Positions 18,553-29,278 of a stretch of DNA of 64,000 bases are shown in pieces (within the stretch, counting starts at the first letter, position 1; each line of letters starts with the position of its first letter). The translations under genes and the position numbers were made by a program. The notes beneath the pieces were generated by a model. The model ran no database searches. It was not told the origin of the DNA and was given only the letters and a program-made list of their open reading frames with translations. Source of the stretch: Spirochaetota bacterium (GTDB lineage: Bacteria; Spirochaetota; UBA4802; UBA5550); NCBI GenBank assembly GCA_963664815.2, contig CAXXHB010000003.1, positions 3,424,001-3,488,000 of the forward strand, given 5' to 3'.

Positions 18553-20456
18553 GAATAACAGCTGCAATAATGCTGCTTCTTGTACCGTTTTATGCGGAGG
18601 CGGTTCTATATCCATCTGACCACTATCAGCAGAAAGACGCCGAAACCGATATTATAATACTGAAATCAGTTATTTCAAGAAACCCCGGTGATTTAAAAAC
18701 ACTGAAACGCCTCATTGATCTTACCTTTACACTTGAATATTTTGACCAGACTGAAAAATACTGCGGCCAGTATCTTTCCATCTCTGACAGCAGCGAAACC
18801 GCTTATCTGAAAATAATTGCAGCAGCTTCCCTTGGCAGGTTTAAAGAAGCCGCAGACCAGATCGAACCATTCATCAGTAAATATAAGGGAGAACTCAGTA
18901 AAAGAGACATCACACTCTTAAAATACAGGGAAAATATCTATAGAAAATCAACTATTACGTCAGGTTATCCATCTGGTGCAGCAAAAGCATCATGGGGCAA
19001 CAACATAGTTATTAAAACCATGATACCGCGCGATCACATTATGATCGGATATGATTATAATGAGCACATACAGAAGATTTATAAAATAAGCGGAAATTCA
19101 GCTGAACAAATCAGCAACTACCCGGTTTACCTTTCAGGTCTGCCGGAAGATTCGATAAACTCCGCTGCATTATCGGATGACGGGAGAGAGGTTCTCGTCA
19201 GTTTAAATTCAGGCGATTCATCATCAATATATACAAGAAGTTACCTGGCAGATAAAAAAAGCTGGTCATCATGGGAGAAACCCCGAAAACTAAATCCGGG
19301 CAGATGGAATCATTATCCGAATTATGTTAACAGAAATACTGTTATATTCTCATCGTCTGACGGAACTGATTATGATATATACATTTCACAAAAAGATAAT
19401 GATGGAGAATGGAGTGTTGCTCAAAAACTTGCCGGGATAAACACACCGCTTGACGAAATCTCTGTATCAGTCCACCCCGACGGGGAGACAATTTATTTCT
19501 CATCAAACGGTTATGCAGGGATGGGTGGATTTGATATATACGGAGCCCGTCTGAAACGCAATGGTAATTCATTCGAGGTTTCAGACATTACAAATGTTGT
19601 TTCAGTTAACACATTCCGCAATGAAAAATATCCTCTCTATGCTACCATTGCAGGAGATGCCGTTTATTATAATTTTACAGCCGGTAAAAATCATAACGTC
19701 TACGCATGTTTTAAAAATCCGGTTAAGCCAGTGCCGGTTTTTTATTATAACGCCGATATAACTGAAGATACTACCGGAAAGCCTGTCGGTAAAGCCACTG
19801 CCGAATATAAATCTTCAGACGTATACTTATCCGAAAGAAGGTCTGTAAACTCTGATGGTTTTACCGGCACAGCGCTTAGAAAAAATACCAGGTATTCGCT
19901 TACATTATCTGCAGAGGGATTTGAACCATTTACCAAAACAGTTTTATACACAGGGAAAGATGAGGCAGTCAATGAGAAGATAGTATTAAGAAAAAAGGTT
20001 ATAAAATCTGCTGCAGAATTTACAACCCTTATTACTCCAATAAAATTAATCAACTGTGATGAATCATATTCAAAACCACTTCACGAAATACTCGAAAAAA
20101 ATATCGGGCTTCAGGGTGACAGCACAGGCCGCAATAAAAACATTCTTTCCTATACAACCTGCGGTGATTCTGACTGCGCTTTATCTGATGGGAAAACAGT
20201 AAAAGCAGATTTTGTTGTTTTCGGAACTCTCTCAAGAGCAAAACAATCGGGAAAGAAAGCGCTTGGCAACACAGGGGAAGACCAGTATCTGGTTAAACGT
20301 GTGAAAGGAACAGTTTATACTCTTGAACTGAAACTTCTTGAAACAGCTACAGGTAAAGTAACAGCCTCTCACAGGAAGGTTACTGGTAATCCGGATACTT
20401 TAAAAAATATAGTTAATGACTTTATTATTAAAACAGAGAATGTTTATAAGAACTGA
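18543..20456 (+). CDS. Exported TPR-like + PD40 beta-propeller protein
   Basis: Signal peptide, helical repeat, DYDIYIS, INTPLDE...HPDGETIYFSSNG..GMGGFDIY. Confidence 0.75.
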   Translation: MFLRITAAIMLLLVPFYAEAVLYPSDHYQQKDAETDIIILKSVISRNPGDLKTLKRLIDLTFTLEYFDQTEKYCGQYLSISDSSETAYLKIIAAASLGRFKEAADQIEPFISKYKGELSKRDITLLKYRENIYRKSTITSGYPSGAAKASWGNNIVIKTMIPRDHIMIGYDYNEHIQKIYKISGNSAEQISNYPVYLSGLPEDSINSAALSDDGREVLVSLNSGDSSSIYTRSYLADKKSWSSWEKPRKLNPGRWNHYPNYVNRNTVIFSSSDGTDYDIYISQKDNDGEWSVAQKLAGINTPLDEISVSVHPDGETIYFSSNGYAGMGGFDIYGARLKRNGNSFEVSDITNVVSVNTFRNEKYPLYATIAGDAVYYNFTAGKNHNVYACFKNPVKPVPVFYYNADITEDTTGKPVGKATAEYKSSDVYLSERRSVNSDGFTGTALRKNTRYSLTLSAEGFEPFTKTVLYTGKDEAVNEKIVLRKKVIKSAAEFTTLITPIKLINCDESYSKPLHEILEKNIGLQGDSTGRNKNILSYTTCGDSDCALSDGKTVKADFVVFGTLSRAKQSGKKALGNTGEDQYLVKRVKGTVYTLELKLLETATGKVTASHRKVTGNPDTLKNIVNDFIIKTENVYKN

Positions 20457-21523
20457 AACACGAGTTGCTGCTCTGCCGAATCCTTCACTTCATTGTTGAA
20501 ATTGGACAGAGCAATTCCCAGAAGCCTGATCTTCCTGGTACCGGCCTCAGTATATCTGATGAGCCTTTGTACCTCTTCCATTATGACATCAGCCGAATCA
20601 ACAGGGGCATCAACTGTTATACTTCTTGTAGAAAGCTGAAAATCAAAATATTTTATTTTCAGAGTTATTGTTCTGCCCCTCAGCTTTTTTCTTTTAAAAA
20701 CCGACTCAAGTTCTTCAGCAATATCTCTTAAAACGGAATGTATAAGATCAATATCAAGGATATCCTCATTGAGGGTGATTTCTCTCCCGTAAGATTTTCT
20801 CTCACGATATGGAGATACAGGCCTGTTGTCTATCCCCCGCACTATATCGTAATAAAATCCTCCGGCTTTACCAAAGTGTTTAGTAAGCTTTTCAAGAGGT
20901 GTATTCTTCAGATCAAGTCCATTGTTTATCCCAAGCGCAATCATTCTCTTTTCACTGACCTTCCCCACTCCGAAAAACTTTCCGATCGGGAGAGTTTCAA
21001 GAAATCTCTCAGCTTCTCCGGGTTTAATCACCGCTATACCGTCAGGTTTATTAATTTCGGAGGCTGTCTTGGCCAGGAATTTATTATAAGAAACACCGGC
21101 GGAAGCTGTAAGACCGGTCTCTGAAAATATTTTGCGGCGAATCTCCTCTGCAATGATCGTTGCCGAAGCCATATTCTTTTTATTCTCAGTAACATCCAGA
21201 AATGCTTCGTCGAGAGAAAGAGGCTCAATAAGATCTGTATACTCAGCGCAGATATTCATAAACTGCCGCGAAGCCTTCTTGTATGCATCAAATCTGGGAT
21301 AGACAAAAAAAGCATGCGGGCAAAGCTTTATAGCAGTTTTTGAGGGCATTGCTGACCTGACTCCATACCTCCTGGCCTCATAGGAACATGTTGACACTAC
21401 ACCCCTCCTGTCCGGATCTCCTCCGACAATGACAGGTTTACCACGCAAAGACGGATTGTCTCTCTGCTCAATGGCTGCAAAAAATGCATCCATATCTAGA
21501 TGTATAATTTTACTGCATGACAT
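20444..21523 (-). CDS. dinB: DNA polymerase IV
   Basis: IIHLDMDAFFA, CSYEARRYGV, SLDEAFLD, KFLAKTAS..NKPDG. Confidence 0.96.
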   Translation of the reverse strand: MSCSKIIHLDMDAFFAAIEQRDNPSLRGKPVIVGGDPDRRGVVSTCSYEARRYGVRSAMPSKTAIKLCPHAFFVYPRFDAYKKASRQFMNICAEYTDLIEPLSLDEAFLDVTENKKNMASATIIAEEIRRKIFSETGLTASAGVSYNKFLAKTASEINKPDGIAVIKPGEAERFLETLPIGKFFGVGKVSEKRMIALGINNGLDLKNTPLEKLTKHFGKAGGFYYDIVRGIDNRPVSPYRERKSYGREITLNEDILDIDLIHSVLRDIAEELESVFKRKKLRGRTITLKIKYFDFQLSTRSITVDAPVDSADVIMEEVQRLIRYTEAGTRKIRLLGIALSNFNNEVKDSAEQQLVFQFL

Positions 21524-21524
21524 A

Positions 21525-21965
21525 TCAGTTTAAAAAATATTTTTTAAATCCCCGGACTACATCCGGTTTATATCCCATTGATTCATAAAATTTATGCGCA
21601 TCTGTTCTTTTTGATCCTGAAACAAAAAGATTATAGTAGCAGTTCCTGCTTATACAGACACTCTCAATCTCAAGCATCAGCTTTTTTCCAATACCCTGCC
21701 TGCGGCAGTTTTCTGAAACAACTACATTTTCAATAACCATGAAAGGACGGCAGTCATCAACAAGATCCATACACACTATTCCCATGAGAGAACCGACAAG
21801 TTTTCCATTGAGCATGGCTCCCAGAATTATATAATCTTCATTCTTCTCCATAAGCAGAAAGTTTTCTTCCATCTTTTTTACAGACTGTTCATTGCCTGAC
21901 AGCTCTTTAAACAACTCAGCAAGCTCAGATAAATTGTGTCGTGATATTTTGTCTATCTTCAGCAT
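21525..21965 (-). CDS. GNAT N-acetyltransferase
   Basis: IENVVV...RRQGIGK, AHKFYESMGY. Confidence 0.9.
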   Translation of the reverse strand: MLKIDKISRHNLSELAELFKELSGNEQSVKKMEENFLLMEKNEDYIILGAMLNGKLVGSLMGIVCMDLVDDCRPFMVIENVVVSENCRRQGIGKKLMLEIESVCISRNCYYNLFVSGSKRTDAHKFYESMGYKPDVVRGFKKYFLN

Positions 21966-21982
21966 TTTCTAATTTTCAGTAT

Positions 21983-22435
21983 TTAATATCTCGGCTTGTC
22001 TTTAATATCATTATAATATTGCTCAATGCCGATTTCACGCATCCTGTCCTGTATTGAAATCCATCGCTTTTTTAAATTTTCATCAAAACCGGTATTATCA
22101 CATGGGAAAAAACCGCACTGAAAACAATAATCAACATTTTTATCAATAGAGCATCCCTTAACTTTACATCCTGTAAAAAGTTTACATCCGTCAAGCCTGC
22201 ATCCCCTGCACTCAGCTTCCGTAAAAATGTTTAATAAAATTTTAAAATCCTTATACCCGGAAAATCCAGGTTCATGCAGCAGTTCTACAAACCTTCCGGC
22301 ATACTGATCAAAATTTCCCAGTGCTTTTTTCAATTCAACGCTTGACTTCTTTATCGGCCCGTCTGCAAAAGCGAAACATTTTTCACATAAAAGACCACAA
22401 GGGCCAAGTTTAATTCTGATATCATCTTCATTCAT
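21983..22435 (-). CDS. Cys-rich DUF3795-like protein
   Basis: PCGLLCEKC, CRGCR, C.VK.C, YCFQC..FPC. Confidence 0.75.
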   Translation of the reverse strand: MNEDDIRIKLGPCGLLCEKCFAFADGPIKKSSVELKKALGNFDQYAGRFVELLHEPGFSGYKDFKILLNIFTEAECRGCRLDGCKLFTGCKVKGCSIDKNVDYCFQCGFFPCDNTGFDENLKKRWISIQDRMREIGIEQYYNDIKDKPRY

Positions 22436-22557
22436 AATTTATCAGCCGGTATAAACATAAATAATTTCATAAAATATATAATAATTGCAATCCTGCATCA
22501 AATATTGCAGAATATAGATCATATGTCAACAAATGTTTAGCTGTTTTATAAGTTTTT

Positions 22558-23748
22558 TTACTGCTGCTTATTTTTTGATTCAAGCACATCCCGCAGGATG
22601 TTTAATCCTGCATCTATCTCCTCAATGGTTATTACCAAAGGGGGCAGCAATCTCAGTGTCTGCACACCCGCTGTTGATATGCATAGACCGTTTTTCAGGC
22701 ATTCCAGCTGTACATCTGCAGATTTTCCGGTAATATCAATGCCAATCATAAGTCCTCTTCCACGAACATCTTTCACTGACTGACACTTCCATCCGTTGAC
22801 TGCAGAGCGTATATGATCGCCGCTGGCCGCCACACTTTCAAGGAAACCGGGTTTAGCAAGCTCATCAAGAACAACAAGACCGCCTGCGCATGCGAGAGGA
22901 TTTCCTCCGAAGGTTGACTGATGATCTCCCGCGACAAGTATATCTGCAGCAGCACCTCGGGCCAGGCAGGCACCCATCGGCACTCCCCCTGCGATTCCTT
23001 TCGCGAGGGTTATAACATCCGGATTAATATCAAAATACTCACTTGCAAGAAATAGTCCGGTACGCCCTATTCCGGTCTGCACTTCATCGGCAATTACAAT
23101 AGCACCTGCTCTCCTTGCAGCAGCACATGCCGTGCGAGCCCATTCACTGTTAATAAGGTTAACTCCCCCCTCTCCCTGAACGCATTCAATTAATAAGGCA
23201 CAGGTAGTTTCATCAAAGGCACTTTCCAATGCTTTATAATCATCCGCGGGTATATGACGAAATCCTGTAGTGTATGGCGCAAAACATGGATTATGAAACT
23301 TATCCTGTCCTGTGGCAGACAGCGTTGTTATTGTTCTTCCATGAAATGATTTTTCCAGTGTAACAATAACATGCCGTGTTCCGGCCTTTTTCCCTGCAGA
23401 GGCGTCTGAAGCGGCCCCCATCTTTCTGGCAATTTTAAAGGCGCATTCATTAGCCTCAGCTCCCGAGTTCCCGAAGAAAACCTTATCCATGTTAGTCCTT
23501 GCAAGAAGAGCCTCAGAAAAAGCAAGGCCTGTATCTGAATTATAGTAATTTGAAATATGGATCTGTTTTACAGCCTGTTCTGCAATTGCCTTTACAAGAG
23601 ATTGATGATTGTGCCCCAGAGAGTTAACCCCGATACCGCTTACAAAGTCGATATATTTTTTCCCGTTAACATCGGAGAGAATACTCCCGCTTCCCGAGAC
23701 AAACACAACCGGCAGACTTCCGAGATTATTTATTATCTTTCCTGACAT
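22558..23748 (-). CDS. argD: Acetylornithine aminotransferase
   Basis: NSGAEANE, FHGRT, E.VQGEGG, DEVQTGIGRTG, TLAKG, STFGGNP. Confidence 0.88.
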   Translation of the reverse strand: MSGKIINNLGSLPVVFVSGSGSILSDVNGKKYIDFVSGIGVNSLGHNHQSLVKAIAEQAVKQIHISNYYNSDTGLAFSEALLARTNMDKVFFGNSGAEANECAFKIARKMGAASDASAGKKAGTRHVIVTLEKSFHGRTITTLSATGQDKFHNPCFAPYTTGFRHIPADDYKALESAFDETTCALLIECVQGEGGVNLINSEWARTACAAARRAGAIVIADEVQTGIGRTGLFLASEYFDINPDVITLAKGIAGGVPMGACLARGAAADILVAGDHQSTFGGNPLACAGGLVVLDELAKPGFLESVAASGDHIRSAVNGWKCQSVKDVRGRGLMIGIDITGKSADVQLECLKNGLCISTAGVQTLRLLPPLVITIEEIDAGLNILRDVLESKNKQQ

Positions 23749-23816
23749 TTTATTCTCCTTAATCCCGGGATATCACCGGAAAATTCAAATTCACTTTACT
23801 TAAAAAACAATTATAT

Positions 23817-24533
23817 CTACTTTGTAGTGTGCATGGCATTCAGTGTTTCATTCAGATTATTGTATCTGGCACTAAGCCTTTTCCTTTTTTCAAATGTTTC
23901 CGGTGAATATTTACAGGGAGATGGAAGAAGGGTGATAAGCCGTATCACCTGATCTTCTGATATTTTGTAAAGAGGGAGGCCATAGTAATAATATGATGCA
24001 CTCTGTATCCCGTATACTCCCCGGCCCCATTCAGCGTAGTTGAAATATAACTCCAGTATCCTCTTTTTCGGCATAATGGCATCAATTGTAATGGCTGCAA
24101 TTGTCTCAAGGTATTTTCTTATATACAGCTTGTCAGGAAAAAGAAAAAGAGTTCTGGTAAGCTGCTGTGTTATTGTACTGGCTCCGGAAATTTTTTTGCC
24201 ATACCTGAAGTTCACCTGTATAGCGCTCACTATAGCCCCTGTATCAATTCCGTAGTGCCTGTAAAAATTCGGATCTTCCGTATATACGACCAATCTCTGA
24301 TACTTTCCTGAAATAGATTTGATAGGTATTGTATGATGTTTTTTTGAACTATAACCATTGAATACAAACCTGTATGCCTGTAATGTTGTATATGGGGGAT
24401 CAAAGAATATATAAAGAAATGCCATTAAAGCTATTATTAATATAAACACTATATGAAAAATTAATATATATCTGCCCCCCCTTCTCAAGAAGGATTTATA
24501 ATCAAAACTCCTTAGTTTGCGGAACAGCCCCAT
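23817..24533 (-). CDS. mtgA: Monofunctional peptidoglycan transglycosylase
   Basis: EDPNFYRHYG, GASTITQQL, RKYLE, KKRILELYFN; no transpeptidase domain. Confidence 0.88.
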   Translation of the reverse strand: MGLFRKLRSFDYKSFLRRGGRYILIFHIVFILIIALMAFLYIFFDPPYTTLQAYRFVFNGYSSKKHHTIPIKSISGKYQRLVVYTEDPNFYRHYGIDTGAIVSAIQVNFRYGKKISGASTITQQLTRTLFLFPDKLYIRKYLETIAAITIDAIMPKKRILELYFNYAEWGRGVYGIQSASYYYYGLPLYKISEDQVIRLITLLPSPCKYSPETFEKRKRLSARYNNLNETLNAMHTTK

Positions 24534-24630
24534 AATTAACGGTTTTTGATACTTACTGATAATTTGTCAATAACAATAGCGTAATTTAACATAGCCCTTC
24601 AAATATGATAATCAATATGATAGTTATTCT

Positions 24631-24840
24631 TTAAAAAAGGACATACCCCATTTTATCTTCCTCAAGCGCTTTATCAATATCCAGAAGTTTCTGATATAAA
24701 TCTTTAATCAGCGGAAGAGATGCATTGACAGCTTCTTTTGTAAGCGGTTCCGAGCAGTCTTTCAAACAGTTCAGATCATATTCCATCTCTTCCAGACGTT
24801 TTACAAGATCATTTATCAGTTCAAAATTTGTCATAAGCAA
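24631..24840 (-). CDS. Small hypothetical coiled-coil protein
   Basis: Fills an intergenic gap; amphipathic helical composition; start may be the ATG at codon 3. Confidence 0.55.
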   Translation of the reverse strand: MLMTNFELINDLVKRLEEMEYDLNCLKDCSEPLTKEAVNASLPLIKDLYQKLLDIDKALEEDKMGYVLF

Positions 24841-24927
24841 TTACCAGTTATTATCAGTTTTTAATTTTAAAGATCAGCCTGTTTATTTGTAATATGTCCG
24901 GAAGTCAGGAGAGATAAAAAAAGAAGC

Positions 24928-24961
24928 AGGGTCAGAGTATTTTAAAAAAAGCTCTGACCCT
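24928..24961 (-). terminator. Intrinsic terminator after iorB
   Basis: AGGGTCAGAG...CTCTGACCCT stem, followed on the minus strand by GCTTCTTTTTTT. Confidence 0.75.
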
Positions 24962-24967
24962 TCTATA

Positions 24968-25540
24968 TTACTTAATAAGTTCCCTGCCAAGATGAAAAGC
25001 TTTAAGATTCTGTTCAATGAACTTCTCTTTGACAAGTGATTTTATCACATCCTCCCAGTCATTTACCTCAAACTCAAGATACTTTGAAAGACATCCAACC
25101 ATAACAATATTCAATGCCTTTTTTGTTCCGGCCTCCCTGAGAGCTTCAGCTGTATCAACCATCACAGTTGAAGAAAAATTATTCTTAAGCCATGACTCCA
25201 AATCCGCAGGATACTGCATGGCGCCGATCTCAACAGGTGCGGGATTTATCTGTTCCCTGTTAACAATAAGAACTGCGTCTTTATTAAGATATTCAAGTTT
25301 CCTCATAGACTCAAGCAGTTCCAGGCATATTATATAATCCGCCCCCCCTTTAGGAATTAGCGGAGAGAAGACCTCTTTGCCAAAACGGACATGGCAATCG
25401 ACGCTCCCCCCTCTCTGGGCCATACCATGAACTTCAGACTCCTTAACATCATAGCCATTTTTTCTGGCTACATCCATAAGCACTTTACTCGCAAGAATTA
25501 CTCCCTGCCCGCCTACGCCTGCAAATATAACATTTTTCAT
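24968..25540 (-). CDS. iorB: Indolepyruvate:ferredoxin oxidoreductase beta subunit
   Basis: AGVGGQG, SEVHGMAQRGGSV, NLKAF; start moved to ATG 25540 (GAGG RBS). Confidence 0.93.
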   Translation of the reverse strand: MKNVIFAGVGGQGVILASKVLMDVARKNGYDVKESEVHGMAQRGGSVDCHVRFGKEVFSPLIPKGGADYIICLELLESMRKLEYLNKDAVLIVNREQINPAPVEIGAMQYPADLESWLKNNFSSTVMVDTAEALREAGTKKALNIVMVGCLSKYLEFEVNDWEDVIKSLVKEKFIEQNLKAFHLGRELIK

Positions 25541-25547
25541 AATATCC

Positions 25548-27104
25548 TCACCTGGCCAGAATGCACTTGCGTCTGGCAATAATAACTGAAGGCTCCTTGG
25601 CCGCAATCTCTTCCACTATCACTTTTTCAAGCAGCTCGACATCCCTCGGGTCTACTACAACAACACGGTTTACTCCGCATGCCCTGACGACCATTTCCAG
25701 ATTCAGTTCATATGTAGGTTCACCCATAAGGGTTAATCCTGTTGCAGGATTATCCTGATGTCCTGTCATCGCTGTAATTCTGTTATCAAGTATCATCACA
25801 GTACCTGTTCCCTTGTTATAGACAAGGTCGATTAACCCGGTAATACCTGAATGCATAAATGTCGAGTCTCCGATAACGGCAATGGAGTTTCTCGCCATCT
25901 CGTCACCTCTGGCTTTTTCAAAACCAAGGTGCATCCCGATACTTGCACCCATGCATCCCTGTGAATGCATTGCAGAGTATGGAGGGAGAACTCCAAGAGT
26001 ATAACAGCCGATATCCCCATTTACCACATAATTATGTTTTTTCAGTATATTGAATACAAATGCATGCGGACATCCCTTGCAGAGTCCGGGAGGTCTTCCC
26101 GGAAGATCACCGGTGTATGGAGGGACTGCCTTAACGGCCTCTTTTTTATTAAGGGCAAGATCAACTATCTCCGGTGTCAGCTCACCGCAGATAGGGATTA
26201 TATCCTTGCCAACAACTTTTATTCCCAGTGCTTTTACATAATCTTCGATGAAAGGATCCAGCTCTTCCACGACATAAAGTTCCTCAATCTGCGATGCAAA
26301 CTCTTTAATAAGTTTATCCGGAAGAGGCCAGACCATTCCGATTTTAAGCACGGAATCATCCGGACATGTTTCTCTTACATACTGATAAGCTACGCCGTTT
26401 GAGATTATTCCGCGTTTCTTATTTCTCCACTCTATACGATTAAGACCTGAATCATTAGAGTAATCCTTGAGCTTTAAATGCTGCTGCTCAATGAATACAT
26501 GCCGCGGCCTGGCATGAGCGGGAATCATTACATATTTTTTCGGATCACGATTGAAGTCTTTAAGCGGCACTTCTGTCCTCTCCCCGGTTTCAACAATCGC
26601 CTGCGAGTGTGCGATTCTTGTCGTTATTCTTACAAGTACAGGCCTGTCATATTTCTCAGATATTTCAAACGCAATCTTCGTGAATTCTCTTGCTTCAGCC
26701 GGTCCGGAAGGATCAAGCATCGGCAGTTTTGCAGCGCGGGCTATATGCCTGTTATCCTGCTCGTTCTGCGAACTCCATGCCCCCGGATCATCGGCATTTA
26801 TAATAACCAGCCCGGCATTTACTCCGGTATATGAAAAAGTAAAAAGCGGATCGGCTGCCACATTAAGCCCGACATGTTTCATCGTAGCGAGCGATCTGGC
26901 GCCCGCAATAGACGCACCTGCAACTACCTCAAGAGCAACCTTTTCATTTGGCGACCACTGGGCTTTAATTTCCCCGTAGTCCCTGGCTATAGTTTCAAGA
27001 ACCTCGGTACTAGGTGTTCCGGGGTAACCAGCCGCCACTCTGCAACCTGCCTCCCATGCGCCGCGGGCAATTGCTTCATTCCCCAACATTACTTTAGAAG
27101 TCAT
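25548..27104 (-). CDS. iorA: Indolepyruvate:ferredoxin oxidoreductase alpha subunit (no C-terminal ferredoxin domain)
   Basis: LGNEAIARG, YPGTPSTE, MKHVGLNVA, SSQNEQD, LCKGCPH, GDIGCY, GDSTF. Confidence 0.93.
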   Translation of the reverse strand: MTSKVMLGNEAIARGAWEAGCRVAAGYPGTPSTEVLETIARDYGEIKAQWSPNEKVALEVVAGASIAGARSLATMKHVGLNVAADPLFTFSYTGVNAGLVIINADDPGAWSSQNEQDNRHIARAAKLPMLDPSGPAEAREFTKIAFEISEKYDRPVLVRITTRIAHSQAIVETGERTEVPLKDFNRDPKKYVMIPAHARPRHVFIEQQHLKLKDYSNDSGLNRIEWRNKKRGIISNGVAYQYVRETCPDDSVLKIGMVWPLPDKLIKEFASQIEELYVVEELDPFIEDYVKALGIKVVGKDIIPICGELTPEIVDLALNKKEAVKAVPPYTGDLPGRPPGLCKGCPHAFVFNILKKHNYVVNGDIGCYTLGVLPPYSAMHSQGCMGASIGMHLGFEKARGDEMARNSIAVIGDSTFMHSGITGLIDLVYNKGTGTVMILDNRITAMTGHQDNPATGLTLMGEPTYELNLEMVVRACGVNRVVVVDPRDVELLEKVIVEEIAAKEPSVIIARRKCILAR

Positions 27105-27538
27105 TTATTTTCTCCAATTATATCAATCTTTCTTACTATATTATATCCCTTATCTTTGAGAGCTGTTTTTGCAGATTCAACATCTTCAAACCTGAAGATC
27201 ATTACAGCCTTACCGTCACGTTTTTCGGTAAACGCATACATATACTCTATGTTAAGATTCATCTGCGCAAAAACATCCAGAGCATTATACAGCGATCCGG
27301 GAGTGTCTTCAATCTCAAGAGCAAGAACATCGGTCACCGATGAAGTAATATTATTCTCTTTTAACACCCTGTATCCTTTATCTGGATCATTTACAATCAT
27401 TCTGAGAATTCCAAAATCCAGTGTTTCAGCGATGGTCAGTGTGATAATATTTATATTCTCATCAGCCAAAACTTTGAGAACCTTCTGAAGATGCCCCGGT
27501 TTATTCGCCACAAAGGCTGAAAGCTGTGTTACATTCAT
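27101..27538 (-). CDS. Tandem ACT-domain protein
   Basis: QLSAFVANKPGHL, FGILRMIV, DTPGSL, NIEYMYAF. Confidence 0.9.
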   Translation of the reverse strand: MNVTQLSAFVANKPGHLQKVLKVLADENINIITLTIAETLDFGILRMIVNDPDKGYRVLKENNITSSVTDVLALEIEDTPGSLYNALDVFAQMNLNIEYMYAFTEKRDGKAVMIFRFEDVESAKTALKDKGYNIVRKIDIIGENK

Positions 27539-27550
27539 GCAGTTTCTCCT

Positions 27551-28852
27551 TTAAATTTTTCTTTTATCAATAACCCTGACTGCCTTGCTTTCACTTCTTG
27601 GTATAGTCTGAGGCTCAACCAGAGTAATCTTCGCGGATATTCCAAGCGAACTTCTGAAACGATCGGCTATGTTTTTCGAGAGATTATTCATAACCTTGAT
27701 TTCATCAGAAAAAATCTTTTCATTCACTTCAACCATAACCTCAATATCATCCAGAGAACCTTTCCTGTCGACGATTATCTGGTAGTGCGGTTCGGTCCCT
27801 TCAAATCCCATAAGTACAGACTCTATCTGGCTCGGGAAAACATTTACACCCCTTATAATCAGCATATCATCCGACCTGCCTGAAACCTTATCCATTTTAA
27901 CAAGAGTCCGTCCGCATCTGCAGCTGTCATGGTACAGCCTTGTAATGTCACGGGATCTGTACCTTATTCCGGGGAAAGCCTCCTTGGTCAGCGATGTATA
28001 GACAATCTCACCCTTTTCACCCTCCGGCAGCACCTCTCCCGTTTCGGGATTTATTATTTCAACATAAAAATGATCCTCCCAGACATGCAGCCCTTTTTTC
28101 TCTGAACACTCCGCTGATACTCCGGGTCCAATAACCTCGCTGAGTCCATATATGTCAAAGGCGTTGATTTTAAGCCGGCGTTCAATTTCTTTTCTCATCT
28201 CCTCAGTCCATGGTTCTGCTCCGAAAACCCCGATTCTGAGTCTGGTTGATTCAATTTTAAAATCAGGCATATTCTTTTCGATAAAATCAGCTATATTAAG
28301 CGCATATGAAGGGGTTGAACAGAATACAGTTGTGCCGAAATCCTTCATCAGCATAAGCTGCCTCGGTGTATTACCACCCGACATCGGAACAGTAAGCGCT
28401 CCCAGTTTTTCAGAACCATAATGAAGTCCCAACCCCCCCGTAAAGAGTCCATATCCATAAGCAATCTGAATTATATCGTTTTCGCTGACACCGTAGGAAA
28501 CCAGACTTCTTGCTACAACCTCGGCAAAGACATTAACATCATTCTTCGTGTATCCGACAACAGTGGCATTACCGGTAGTTCCGGAAGATGCATGAACGCG
28601 AACTACTTTACTCAGCGGAACCGCAAATAATCCATAGGGATAGTTGTCCCTCATGTCCTGTTTTGTGAGGAAAGGAACTCTTTTCATATCTTCAAGCGAT
28701 TTAAACTGGTCCGGATGAAAACCGGCCGCTTCGAATTTCTTTTTATAAAAAGGAACATTATCATAGGCATGTCTCAACGACCACTTAAGCCTCTCAAGCT
28801 GAAGCTCCTTCATTTTATTAACCGGCATTGTTTCAATTTCTCTGTTAAACAT
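27551..28852 (-). CDS. paaK: Phenylacetate-CoA ligase family
   Basis: [47 protein letters not shown]. Confidence 0.93.
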   Translation of the reverse strand: MFNREIETMPVNKMKELQLERLKWSLRHAYDNVPFYKKKFEAAGFHPDQFKSLEDMKRVPFLTKQDMRDNYPYGLFAVPLSKVVRVHASSGTTGNATVVGYTKNDVNVFAEVVARSLVSYGVSENDIIQIAYGYGLFTGGLGLHYGSEKLGALTVPMSGGNTPRQLMLMKDFGTTVFCSTPSYALNIADFIEKNMPDFKIESTRLRIGVFGAEPWTEEMRKEIERRLKINAFDIYGLSEVIGPGVSAECSEKKGLHVWEDHFYVEIINPETGEVLPEGEKGEIVYTSLTKEAFPGIRYRSRDITRLYHDSCRCGRTLVKMDKVSGRSDDMLIIRGVNVFPSQIESVLMGFEGTEPHYQIIVDRKGSLDDIEVMVEVNEKIFSDEIKVMNNLSKNIADRFRSSLGISAKITLVEPQTIPRSESKAVRVIDKRKI

Positions 28853-29278
28853 CTCCCTACCCTCATCTTAAGAATACATTATTTTCACTATTTTTATTTT
28901 GTGTTAATTAATCAAATGTTATTTATTTTTTGTTCATCTATTTTTTACTTAAATTTTTGCCTTTATGCTCAAATAAACAATACACTCATAAGTATTATAA
29001 AATCTTTATAAACCTGTCCACTTCAGTATCAAAATTACATTATAACCCGGATTTTTATTGTCCGGTATGCCGGGCTTGAAACATCTCCGGCTTCACTATT
29101 CCTTTAATAGCTCTTTATACCATACACAACACAGTAAATTGTTCTGAAAGCAGCATATTAAAATATTGCAGTTTTTTTATAGACGTAAAAAAGGCGATAT
29201 GTAATTTGTTGCATATGACAATTTCCTGACTTTTTCGGAAAGTGAATTCAAAATATATCTTACAAAAGGAGATAAAAA

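Noticed and set aside
25487-25550. Readthrough of the iorA TGA gives GYYEKCYICRR, resembling a ferredoxin start (possible Sec or recoding)
   Set aside because: It is an alternative frame of the conserved iorB N-terminus, stops after 20 codons and has no full CxxCxxCxxxCP
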